Part shown: piece after piece, positions 17,382 through 25,468 of the stretch
Numbering within the stretch: the stretch's first letter is position 1
How the letters are laid out: every line of letters begins with the position of its first letter
NCBI RefSeq assembly: GCF_000253055.1
Contig: NC_016070.1
Span: 990,001 to 1,022,000 of the forward strand
Length of the DNA stretch: 32,000 nucleotides
Reading direction: 5' to 3'
Origin: Thermoproteus tenax Kra 1
GTDB lineage: Archaea; Thermoproteota; Thermoprotei; Thermoproteales; Thermoproteaceae
Program-made: the position numbers and the translations under genes
The notes under the pieces: generated by a model
Databases searched by the model: none
Seen by the model: only the letters and a program-made list of their open reading frames with translations
Told to the model about the DNA's origin: nothing

Positions 17382-18218
17382 TCAGCCGTAGCCGGTCAGA
17401 GCCCCCACGATCCCGCTCAAGATGGCGATGACCCCAAGAGAGGCCACCAGTGGGACTATCCTCTTGCTTGACGCCAGCCTAAGCAGCATCTCGATCAGGA
17501 GCAAGCTGACGACAACAGCAACCGCTGTGGCCAGAGCCAGGCCCTGCGGAGACACTAGGGCCACGGCCGAGGCTATCTTGTGCCTCGAGAAGAGGAGGGC
17601 CACGCCGGTCGCCCCGAGGGCCGCCGGGATCAAGGCGAGGAAGGACAGCCTAAAGGCGTCTCTGGGCCTCACTCCCAAGAGCAACATAGCCGAGACCGTC
17701 GCGCCCGACCTGCTCACTCCTGGCAGCGCGGCGAGGCCTTGGGCTACGCCTATCAACAACAGATCCCTCCAGCCCAGTTCAGACAGCCCCCTCCTCGGCG
17801 TGTGCCGCTCCCTGGACAGCTTTATTAAGAGCGCGTCGCCTATTAGGACCAGCCCCAGAGCTATCATGGGAGCCCCCACCACAGGCCCCGAGAGCTCGCT
17901 GAAGTAGAGATAGATGGGCAAGGCCACAGCCGCTGTCACGAGCGTCACCACCACTAGGTACTTCAGCAGGAGTCTGTCCTCGGGGGACCCCCTCAGGGCG
18001 AGGGCCCTCAGAACCCCCCAGACCTCCCGTCTGAAGTAGATCACGGCCGCGGCGAGGGTGGCGAACTCCAAGAAGAGGCCGAAGGCGTAGGCGGCGCCGA
18101 AGGTGAGCCCCAGGAGGTAGGTCGACACGAACATTATCTGCGTCTTGCTGCTGATCGGGAGCCACTCGCTGATCCCCTGCACTAGGCCCAGAATAGCTCC
18201 GTCCACGGCCCAGTTCAT
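17382..18218 (-). CDS. uppP: Undecaprenyl/polyprenyl-diphosphatase (UppP/BacA)
   Basis: 278-aa polytopic protein with SEWLPISSKTQ and PGVSRSGATV signature motifs. TATA-like CCTTTAAATAG lies about 23 nt upstream. Confidence 0.9.
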   Translation of the reverse strand: MNWAVDGAILGLVQGISEWLPISSKTQIMFVSTYLLGLTFGAAYAFGLFLEFATLAAAVIYFRREVWGVLRALALRGSPEDRLLLKYLVVVTLVTAAVALPIYLYFSELSGPVVGAPMIALGLVLIGDALLIKLSRERHTPRRGLSELGWRDLLLIGVAQGLAALPGVSRSGATVSAMLLLGVRPRDAFRLSFLALIPAALGATGVALLFSRHKIASAVALVSPQGLALATAVAVVVSLLLIEMLLRLASSKRIVPLVASLGVIAILSGIVGALTGYG

Positions 18219-18352
18219 GCGCCCAGCTGGGCGCCGCTATTTAAAGGTTGTCCGAGTCTCTCGCCGATCATCCAGCCGGCATCTAGGCGCGCTATGAACG
18301 GCGCCGCTGCAGATCGGCGCAGGTCCAGCGGTTGCGCCCGCCCTCTACGGCG

Positions 18353-19285
18353 TCAGTGGAGGCCGTCGTCCGCTATGGAGTACTGGATCTTCTCAGACGG
18401 CGGCATCCCGGGCACATCCAGAGGCCACATGTGGCCCTCCTCCCTCTGTTTGGAGGGTCTGGCCATCATAAAGCGGGCGTTCACGGCGTGGGCCAAGACG
18501 TTTCCTCCCGCCGGCCTCTTGACGCCGGACATGAAGGCCTCTGGGACGTCCATCACTTGGTTCGTGAAAATCACCAGAGCTCCGAAGATCCTCGTGTGTC
18601 TTCTAAACCAGTCTATCAAATAGTGGAGGCGTTGTTGCCTCTCGGCGAGGCTCTCCCTGCCCACAAACTCAGCGCGGTATAGCGCCGTGATTGTGTCCAC
18701 GACGATCGTCCGGGCGCCCTCCTTTAGATGTTTGGGGAGCTCCCCCTTCACGAAGGCCTCTAGGAAGGAGACGTTGTCGGGCATATAGACGTAGATTTTG
18801 TCGAGAACGCCCTGGGCGTTGAACCTCGACGCAATCCTCTCCACGAGCTGGGGGCTGAAGGTCCCCTCTGTGTCTATATAGACGACGTCCCCGAAGCCCT
18901 CGGCCACGGATTTGACCGCTATCTGGTGCGCCAGAGTTGACTTCCCCGCCCCGAACTCCCCTGCGAACTCGTAGATGAACCCCTCCCTAAGTCCCCTCCA
19001 CGGCGTCTTTTCGTCGAACTCGGCCACTCCGGTCTTGACTACTCTGTACTGGACTTGGGCAAGCTCGGACGCCTTCACAGCCTTGGGCCGCCTGCCCGCC
19101 AGCTCCCGGGCCCTGGCCAGCAGTCTTTCGGCCGCCGACGGCTCTACACCTGCATCTACCAGCTCGTCTACAGTGAACTCCAAGAGGTGCTCGAGCGAGG
19201 CGACGCCCAGCTCCTCGAGCTTCCTCCTAGTCGCCGGGCCGACCTCCAATTTGTCGAGCCAGTCCTCCGACCTCTTCTTGGACAT
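18353..19285 (-). CDS. RadA/Rad51-family recombinase paralog (N-terminal HhH domain + RecA-fold ATPase)
   Basis: N-terminal LEVGPATRRKLEELGV...ELVDAGV (HhH). Walker A GEFGAGKST and Walker B TIVVDTI. It is clearly more divergent than the canonical archaeal RadA core (GEFGSGKTQ...). Confidence 0.75.
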   Translation of the reverse strand: MSKKRSEDWLDKLEVGPATRRKLEELGVASLEHLLEFTVDELVDAGVEPSAAERLLARARELAGRRPKAVKASELAQVQYRVVKTGVAEFDEKTPWRGLREGFIYEFAGEFGAGKSTLAHQIAVKSVAEGFGDVVYIDTEGTFSPQLVERIASRFNAQGVLDKIYVYMPDNVSFLEAFVKGELPKHLKEGARTIVVDTITALYRAEFVGRESLAERQQRLHYLIDWFRRHTRIFGALVIFTNQVMDVPEAFMSGVKRPAGGNVLAHAVNARFMMARPSKQREEGHMWPLDVPGMPPSEKIQYSIADDGLH

Positions 19286-19426
19286 AGATGTTAGTATACA
19301 GAGGATTTAAACTGTTGCGGCGGGAAGATTTAAAAATTTAGGAGCGAGGATAGATGGGCCGGACCGCCGCGCCGGCGGCAGAATGAGCGGCCCGCCCGCG
19401 GCCGAGCCAAACACTAGTTTTACATA

Positions 19427-19475
19427 GTGATGACGGCGTCCTACTGCCTCAGTATGGGCTCACACTCGGGGCTGA
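19427..19475 (+). ncRNA. Candidate C/D-box sRNA (49 nt)
   Basis: GTGATGA-CGGCGTCCTACT-GCCT-CAGTATGG-GCTCACACTCGGGG-CTGA. Intergenic. No TATA box at -25. A strong TATA-like GATTTAAAAATTTAGG (19327-19342) lies about 90 nt upstream, so the sRNA may be processed from a longer transcript. Confidence 0.4.
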
Positions 19476-19481
19476 GACAGA

Positions 19482-19528
19482 GGGCGCCGGCCGCTGAGGG
19501 TCCGGCGCCCACGACAACGGAGGAAAAA
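19482..19528 (-). terminator. T5 tract directly after the MFS stop codon, followed by a perfect 9-bp GC hairpin
   Basis: The minus strand reads TAG-TTTTT (19528..19524). GGGCGCCGG (19482-19490) pairs perfectly with CCGGCGCCC (19502-19510) around an 11-nt loop. Confidence 0.4.
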
Positions 19529-20809
19529 CTATCTTCCTCTTGATAGGGCTGGCTTGACGACGCCCAACAAGATCAACGACGAGGCGACTACAGCGCCGGC
19601 CAAGAACGCAAGCCCGGCGTAGCTCGATTTGGCCACAGTGTTTAGATAGCCCACAATGTATGGGCCGAAGAATCCCCCGAGGTTTCCCACTGAGTTTATC
19701 AGAGCGATGGCCACCGCCCTGCTCTCGCCGGCCATCATCCTCTGCGGTATCGGCCAAAACGGCGGGAAGAACGCATAGATGCCCATGGCGGCTAGGGCGA
19801 GCGCGGCGAAGGCGATGACGGGCGCCGAGGTGGACAGAGGCGCTACGGCCAACAGGCCGAGCGCAGCGAAAATTAGGGGCAGGGCCGTATGGAGGAACCT
19901 CTCTCCGCTTCTGTCCGAGGACCTCCCGACGAAGACCATCGCCAACAACGCGGCGAAGTATAAAACGGCGTTAAGTACGCCGATCTGGACCGGATTTCCG
20001 CCGGTCAGCGCCTTGAGGACGGTGGGCGACCATATAGTTATGCCGTACAGCCCCGTCGCGCCGAAGAAATAGACGGCGGCGAGCGCCCACGCCAGCGGGT
20101 CCTTCAGACCTGTGGCCCAAGACGTCACCCTCTCGGGAGGATGGGAGGCCCTCTCGCGGGCCAACTCAGCCTCGAGCCACCTCTTCTCCTCCTCCCTCAG
20201 CCACTTGGCCTCCCGCGGCCAGTCGGGCATCAGATAGAGCACTGCGAGCCCCCACAGAACTGCAGGTATACCCTCCACAATGAACACCCACCTCCAGCCC
20301 TCTAGGCCGAACCAGTCCACCGTCAAAAGCCAGCCTGAGAGGGGCGAAGTCACTACGTTGGCCACGGCGATTGCGCTCATGAACAAGCTCACGGCTCTGG
20401 CCCTCTCGTCCTCCAGAAACCAGTGGGTCAAGTATACGATTATCCCAGGGAAGAAGCTGGCCTCTGCAAGGCCCAAGGCGAATCTGGCGGCGTAAAGCTG
20501 TAATTTGTCTTGGACAAAGCCGGTAAGCATAGTGATGAGCCCCCAACTTATGAGGATCCTCGCGATCCACTTCCTAGCGCTGTACCTCTCGACTATGTAG
20601 GTTCCAGGTATCTCAAGTATAAAGTAGCCTATGAAGAAGATCCCCGCCGCCAAGCCGAGGTCGGCGTCGGTGAGGCCCAACGCCTGCTTCATGCCCAAGG
20701 CGGCGATGCCTATGTTGACTCTGTCGATAAAAGCCCATAGATACGCAATCCACACCACCGGGATTATGTATTTCCACTTCTTTGAGAGAACCTCGCTTTG
20801 GATCGCCAT
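19529..20809 (-). CDS. MFS transporter, anion:cation symporter (ACS)-like (hexuronate/galactonate/glucarate-type)
   Basis: 426 aa, 12 TM segments. The N-terminal DRVNIGIAALGMKQALGLTDADLGLAAGIFFIGYFILEIPG pattern is typical of ACS-family members. TATA-like GCTTAAATAGC lies about 22 nt upstream. Confidence 0.85.
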   Translation of the reverse strand: MAIQSEVLSKKWKYIIPVVWIAYLWAFIDRVNIGIAALGMKQALGLTDADLGLAAGIFFIGYFILEIPGTYIVERYSARKWIARILISWGLITMLTGFVQDKLQLYAARFALGLAEASFFPGIIVYLTHWFLEDERARAVSLFMSAIAVANVVTSPLSGWLLTVDWFGLEGWRWVFIVEGIPAVLWGLAVLYLMPDWPREAKWLREEEKRWLEAELARERASHPPERVTSWATGLKDPLAWALAAVYFFGATGLYGITIWSPTVLKALTGGNPVQIGVLNAVLYFAALLAMVFVGRSSDRSGERFLHTALPLIFAALGLLAVAPLSTSAPVIAFAALALAAMGIYAFFPPFWPIPQRMMAGESRAVAIALINSVGNLGGFFGPYIVGYLNTVAKSSYAGLAFLAGAVVASSLILLGVVKPALSRGR

Positions 20810-20941
20810 ATTGTCCGCACTCTCTAGCTATTTAAGCATTATTCTTCAACGGGAATAATAGAGGCTATTTTTGATATATATCATTGCATCTTTATATTAA
20901 CAACTAAAAGCACTTGTTTGGGGCGGTAGAAAGACTATGTG

Positions 20942-21190
20942 TTAGGAAGATGGACAGCGCCCAGCCTTTCTGCACGCCTCCTCCACGATCTTCCTCAGCC
21001 TCTCGCACGCCTCATCGTCGCCCCACGCGCAGAGGAACGTCGCCCTGACCTCCTCTCTGTCCCAGAGCGCGGGCACGAGCGAGAGCACGCCCAAGAACAT
21101 CAGAGCTAGGCTGAGGAGCGGGGAGAGGAGGAAGATGAGGAGGCCCGTCATAAAGAAAAAGAAGGCGATAAAGGCGTAGGACAGCCTCAT
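20942..21190 (-). CDS. Hypothetical small membrane protein (82 aa, 2 TM segments, Cys-containing tail)
   Basis: Two clear hydrophobic helices. TATA-like GGATAAATAGGG lies about 23 nt upstream of the ATG. Confidence 0.5.
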   Translation of the reverse strand: MRLSYAFIAFFFFMTGLLIFLLSPLLSLALMFLGVLSLVPALWDREEVRATFLCAWGDDEACERLRKIVEEACRKAGRCPSS

Positions 21191-21529
21191 GCGTTTTCTG
21201 AGACATCCCTATTTATCCTTTGCGATCCACCTGATGCAATAATGCGGCACATCGTACGCCTCACGTCCTCCTACCTCTCTCGGCCCCTCTCTGGGGGCTC
21301 GGGAGCCCCCCCCGGTACGCCAGGGCGAGGGAACGGCCCACTCGGGGACGTGGCGCCAAGTTGTTATTTTTCGCCGTTTTAATGCTCCCGTCAGCAGCCC
21401 CTCACCACAGAACCAACTATCTTACCCAAGTGGAAAATCGTCCCCTTCCTCTACCTCAACCTCACAGAGGCGAAGAGGAGCACGGCGGTCTTATAGGCCA
21501 GCGCAGCCGATATCGATATAACGTCCGCC

Positions 21530-22027
21530 TCACCTTACTCTGAAGGTCCCAGGCGCAGACGGACGCAACAACGCTATAAGGGCGACTACCTTCACGGCGT
21601 CGGCGAGCTCCGGGATCTGCCAGAGCCCCAACAACACGAGGGGGAGAGTATAGGCGTAGGCCGCCGCCGACGCCAGAAACACGGCGCGCCAGAGACCTGC
21701 CTCAAGCCTTCTGTAGATGAAGTAGCCCATGACGGGCTCGCCCCAGTAGGCTATTGCGATGACCGCGGCGCCTAAGTCTATCCCAGCCCAGAGCATGACG
21801 ACGCCCGCTGCAGCGGCCGATATTACGGCGACGCCAATTTTGTCGAAGAGGGGGCTGCCGACGGCTCTGGAGAAGTAGCGGAACGCGACAACCGCCACCG
21901 CCACGAGCGCCGACATCATGGAGAGATTGAGGGGGGAGAACAAGCCGTACTGCGCTATGGACGGGATAAGCGCCAGTATCACAGCTCCGGCGGCCAGACT
22001 GGCCCACAAGCCCCTCCTCAAGCTCAT
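21530..22027 (-). CDS. Hypothetical integral membrane protein (165 aa)
   Basis: Four to five hydrophobic segments. Starts 19 nt downstream of the MBL hydrolase stop on the same strand, so probably co-transcribed. Confidence 0.6.
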   Translation of the reverse strand: MSLRRGLWASLAAGAVILALIPSIAQYGLFSPLNLSMMSALVAVAVVAFRYFSRAVGSPLFDKIGVAVISAAAAGVVMLWAGIDLGAAVIAIAYWGEPVMGYFIYRRLEAGLWRAVFLASAAAYAYTLPLVLLGLWQIPELADAVKVVALIALLRPSAPGTFRVR

Positions 22028-22046
22028 ACCGAGCCCTCCCTTCCAC

Positions 22047-22658
22047 TTAATATTTTTTACATGTGGACTGAGGGACGAAGTAGTTCGCGCGGGCCTCTCT
22101 GCCGAGGGTTGTAGGCGGCCCGTGCCCCGGCAGCACAGCGTAGCTCGGCGGCAGCTCGTAGAGGGAGCAGACCGACCTCACCAGAGTCTCCCAGTCGCCG
22201 CCCGGCAGATCCGTCCTGCCCACGGAGCCTCTGAAGAGCAGATCGCCCGTCAGAACGAACCCGTCCCCCAGAACCGCTATAGAGCCCGGCGTGTGGCCGG
22301 GGACGTGGAGGGCCCTCAGACCGAGCGGAAGCTCAGCGCCGGCGGGGGAGGGCTCGGGCAGGCGCGGCGCCTCGAAGCCCCACGACTCCGCCACTCTGGC
22401 GAAGACCTCTCTGAGCTCCCAGTCGGCCCTGTGGGCTATGAAGGGCGCGCGGAACCTCTCGGCGAGGGCCTCCACGGCGCCCACGTGGTCGAAGTGTAGA
22501 TGTGTGGCGACGATCGCGGCGACGCCTCTGCCGGCCAGCCTCTCCGCTATTCTCTCGGGCTCTGCGCCCGGGTCAACGACGAGACACTCAGAGCCCTTGC
22601 AGATCAGATAGCAGTTTGTCTCCAGAGGACCGACGACCACTCTCTCCACCTCGTACAC
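22047..22658 (-). CDS. MBL-fold metallo-hydrolase (glyoxalase II-like)
   Basis: THLHFDHVG metal motif, PGHTPGS and GRTDLPGG. I prefer the GTG at 22658 (203 aa, VYEVERVVVGPLETNCYLI) because CTTTAAAAGG (22675-22684, minus strand) is about 22 nt upstream. The 37 extra codons of the ORF track look non-coding. Confidence 0.8.
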   Translation of the reverse strand: MYEVERVVVGPLETNCYLICKGSECLVVDPGAEPERIAERLAGRGVAAIVATHLHFDHVGAVEALAERFRAPFIAHRADWELREVFARVAESWGFEAPRLPEPSPAGAELPLGLRALHVPGHTPGSIAVLGDGFVLTGDLLFRGSVGRTDLPGGDWETLVRSVCSLYELPPSYAVLPGHGPPTTLGREARANYFVPQSTCKKY

Positions 22659-23019
22659 GCTCCCTCTTTTAACTCCTTTTAAAGTTGGATACGCCGGAGG
22701 CGCCGCGCAGTCCGCCCAGCCAATGCTCACCTCGTCCCGACCCGCTTTTGCACAGTGCGGAGGCGTCAAAGGGGGCGATCGCAGAGGGGCCTCCGCCGTC
22801 TGGCCGAAGCCGACTGCGCCGAGACGGATGCTTGTCGCGCGCCACGAGGCGTATTCTGTTTTCTGAAGGAAACAACTGCCTCAGATAACTGTTTCCTATG
22901 AGAAACAAATTTTAAGGTGTACACTACTACGTGGAGCGCGTCTTTAGAGAGGTATCACCGCGATTATTCCAACGGCCGCCACCTGCGGCCCCGTTAGAGG
23001 CGTTGTCGTAGCGTTGCCG

Positions 23020-23061
23020 ATGACCCCTCCCCGCCCTAAAGGACGAGGCCTTCAGTTGTAA
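23020..23061 (+). repeat. 42-bp repeat, copy 1 (ATGACCCCTCCCCGCCCTAAAGGACGAGGCCTTCAGTTGTAA)
   Basis: 38/42 identical to 30480-30521 on the same strand. Lies 12 nt beyond the stop of the minus-strand membrane protein gene. Confidence 0.9.
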
Positions 23062-23073
23062 AAGGCGGAGTTC

Positions 23074-23496
23074 TCAGGCCGTAGGCTGGCGGCTTAGTAA
23101 TTTGCCGAGGCCGACGTACGTGAGTATTAGGCCTATGAAGGAGATGGGGGGTATGGCGGTTACAATGCCTCCGACCTTCAGAGTGCCCTCGTTGAAGTGG
23201 CCGCCTATCTTGTAGAGCTGCACGCCCAGGAGCACCACGCCGACGATCGCCAGAATCACCGTCACTATCAAGATCACGCCTACCTTGCCCAGAGTCGTGC
23301 TGCCAACGACGGGCTCCAGCGCAGTGAAGCCGCGCCACATCCTCACCAACCCGAGGATCGCGAGGACAAACGCAACCACTGCGGCGATGAGGCCGAACGG
23401 GCCCAGAAGCCACAGCGCCAGCGATAAAATGTCCGAGATAATGAGATATTTGACTCCGCTCCTCAGCAGCGTTAATCCCTCTTGCCCTTGTACCAT
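23074..23496 (-). CDS. Hypothetical integral membrane protein (140 aa, possibly DUF996-like)
   Basis: Four hydrophobic segments. TATA-like CTTTAAATATG lies about 24 nt upstream. The family assignment comes only from general resemblance. Confidence 0.6.
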   Translation of the reverse strand: MVQGQEGLTLLRSGVKYLIISDILSLALWLLGPFGLIAAVVAFVLAILGLVRMWRGFTALEPVVGSTTLGKVGVILIVTVILAIVGVVLLGVQLYKIGGHFNEGTLKVGGIVTAIPPISFIGLILTYVGLGKLLSRQPTA

Positions 23497-23567
23497 AAAT
23501 TAACTCAATAACTCATATTTAAAGTATACAGCTGAAAGTCCGGCCCTTTGGGAGGGGCCAAATTGTA

Positions 23568-24656
23568 TTAATTAGAGAGCAAACAAGAGGGGGCGGTCTT
23601 CGCTGCGTGTCTAAGCAGTGGATCCGCCGGCTTGTACACGTCGTCTTTCTCCAGCCATCCCTCCTCCACAAGCGCCTTTAGGAGTCTGGACAGCTCTGCG
23701 TCATACACAGGGCCCTCTTTGACCTCCAGATACCTCTTTATCTCAGACCAAGTGGCCCCGTCGGCCGCCGCCTGCATTATGTAGACGTACTTCCTGCTCT
23801 GCCTCAGCTGCACAAATCTGCAGAACTCGCCCCACGTGAGACGCGCCGCCTTCTCCAGCGCCTCAGCGACGAGGGGCTCTGTGAGCCTCCCCGCTCTGAC
23901 TGCCTCAAGGCCCAGATAGGCCAGCCAGCCGATGACGCCGTCCAGCTTATCGACCGCAGCCTCCAGCGCCTCCCCGGCGTATTTCACCCCTGCCTCCTCC
24001 AGCCCCCTCGCGAGGAACTCCCTGGCCCTATCCCTCGGGAGAGGCCTCACGTTGATCGTGTATATATAGCGGCCGTACATCGGCGACTGGGGATCGTCCG
24101 GCTTGAGCAGGCGGTGTATAAGCCCGACCTTCGAGCCGGTGAGGAGGAAGGCCAGGTTGGACAAATTGTCGTAGGCCCAGGCCAGGACGGGCGCGAAGGA
24201 GCCGCCCTTCAGCTTATAGAGCTCCTGCGCCTCGTCTATGACGAAGACTACGCGGACCCCCTCAGACTCAGCCCACTTGTCCAGAGCCTTCAACAGCTCA
24301 GTGGGCGGAGGCCTGCGCCTGCCGACGGCAAAGCTTATCTCGAGGCCCGCCACTGAGACGCCGGAGATCCCAGACAGCGCCTCTAAAAGCCTCCTAGACC
24401 TCGGAAGGGCGGACTTCAAAACGCCGTAGAGGTCGTCCCAGGTGATATAGGTGCGCCACTCGAACTCCCTCACATCTACGTATACTCTGGGCAGATTCCA
24501 CGTCGCCGCCTTCGCCAGAGAGGTCTTCCCAATTCGCCTCATCCCAAGTAGCGCGACCACCCTCCTCTCCCCCAGCGCCCGCCTCAGCTCCTCCAGCTCG
24601 GCCTCTCTGTCGAAAAGCTCGTCGGGCCTTTCCACGGGCCCCTCCCTGAACAACAT
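23568..24656 (-). CDS. Archaeal ATPase family protein (Arch_ATPase P-loop NTPase + C-terminal winged-helix/DUF234-like)
   Basis: LFDREAELEEL...LLGMRRIGKTSL (Walker A) and VVFVIDEAQEL (Walker B). Helical and wHTH-like C-terminus. TATA-like CTTTATACC lies about 26 nt upstream. Confidence 0.85.
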   Translation of the reverse strand: MLFREGPVERPDELFDREAELEELRRALGERRVVALLGMRRIGKTSLAKAATWNLPRVYVDVREFEWRTYITWDDLYGVLKSALPRSRRLLEALSGISGVSVAGLEISFAVGRRRPPPTELLKALDKWAESEGVRVVFVIDEAQELYKLKGGSFAPVLAWAYDNLSNLAFLLTGSKVGLIHRLLKPDDPQSPMYGRYIYTINVRPLPRDRAREFLARGLEEAGVKYAGEALEAAVDKLDGVIGWLAYLGLEAVRAGRLTEPLVAEALEKAARLTWGEFCRFVQLRQSRKYVYIMQAAADGATWSEIKRYLEVKEGPVYDAELSRLLKALVEEGWLEKDDVYKPADPLLRHAAKTAPSCLLSN

Positions 24657-25437
24657 ACCTCCCTAGTAACTAAGGAGGTATAAAGTTTTAGCCTAGAGCC
24701 CGCGCTTGGAGCAGACATTAGAGATTCTGCATAAAATCGGCACATTTCAGCGTCCTCTGCTTCCCGTTGAAGTAGGGCATGAAGACTACATGGCGTCACT
24801 AGTATCACCAAGGACCTGCTCAGCTGGAGACCTCAGCTTGGCCCAAGACATCCCTTAGGGACTTCCTCCTCGCCTGCGCCCTCATCGGCACCCCGAGACA
24901 CCTCGGGCGCAGGGACAACAGCACGGTTCCCCGCGGGCGCTCCGGGCAGACCCAGTCGGAGGCGCCTCACAAAGCCGCCGTAGATAGACGCGTATTTAAG
25001 CCCCTGCGCCTTTTCTTAACGGCCACCAAGAAAACAGCCCTAACTACGCCTCATTGCGGCGACCTCCGTCGCGGATGCCGCGGCAGCTTTCCTCATCTTC
25101 CGCAGGCGGAGAGCCGCCTTTTAGTCGGCTCCGGAACCCCGGTTTCCGTCCCCGGAAGCCCTCTGTACGCCACGCCGTCGTTTTAGAGAGGGAAGTTCTA
25201 CGGGGCTGTGTGGGATTTCCGAACCTCTGCGTCTCGTGATAATTCTATAAATGGGCCTGGTGGCTATGCTTAGGGGTGCCGTTTCTTCGGTGTTGTCGTC
25301 AGACCCGGCGAAGGCGCGGAGGATCGCGGAGAGGCTTGGCAAGAGGGCTAGGGACGAGGAGGGGTGTACCACTGGAGAGTCGGCGAGTTTGCGAAAGGAG
25401 CGGCTGTCCCTGGAGCTTGACGTAGCGACTGCCGTCA

Positions 25438-25450
25438 ACTTTATTAAAGG
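25438..25450 (+). promoter_or_regulatory. gapN TATA-like box (ACTTTATTAAAGG)
   Basis: Centred about 24 nt upstream of the gapN ATG at 25469, the same spacing as other leaderless units in the window. Confidence 0.5.
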
Positions 25451-25468
25451 TGTAGCCGTAGGTATAGT

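Noticed and set aside
23020-23061. The 42-bp repeat as a tRNA-derived att site or as a C/D-box sRNA
   Set aside because: It has no T-arm or acceptor-like sequence, no proper C box (CGATGA in copy 1, TTATGA in copy 2) and no CTGA at D-box spacing on the plus strand.
24657-25468. Whether the long non-coding stretch upstream of gapN encodes SRP RNA or the minimal Thermoproteales RNase P RNA
   Set aside because: I looked for an SRP helix-8-like element, a closed GGAA tetraloop. CCCCGGAAGCCC at ~25152 does not pair. I also looked for a CR-I-like GGAAAGUCC; only GCGAAAGGAGCGG at ~25391 is present. Neither signature holds, so I make no family call.
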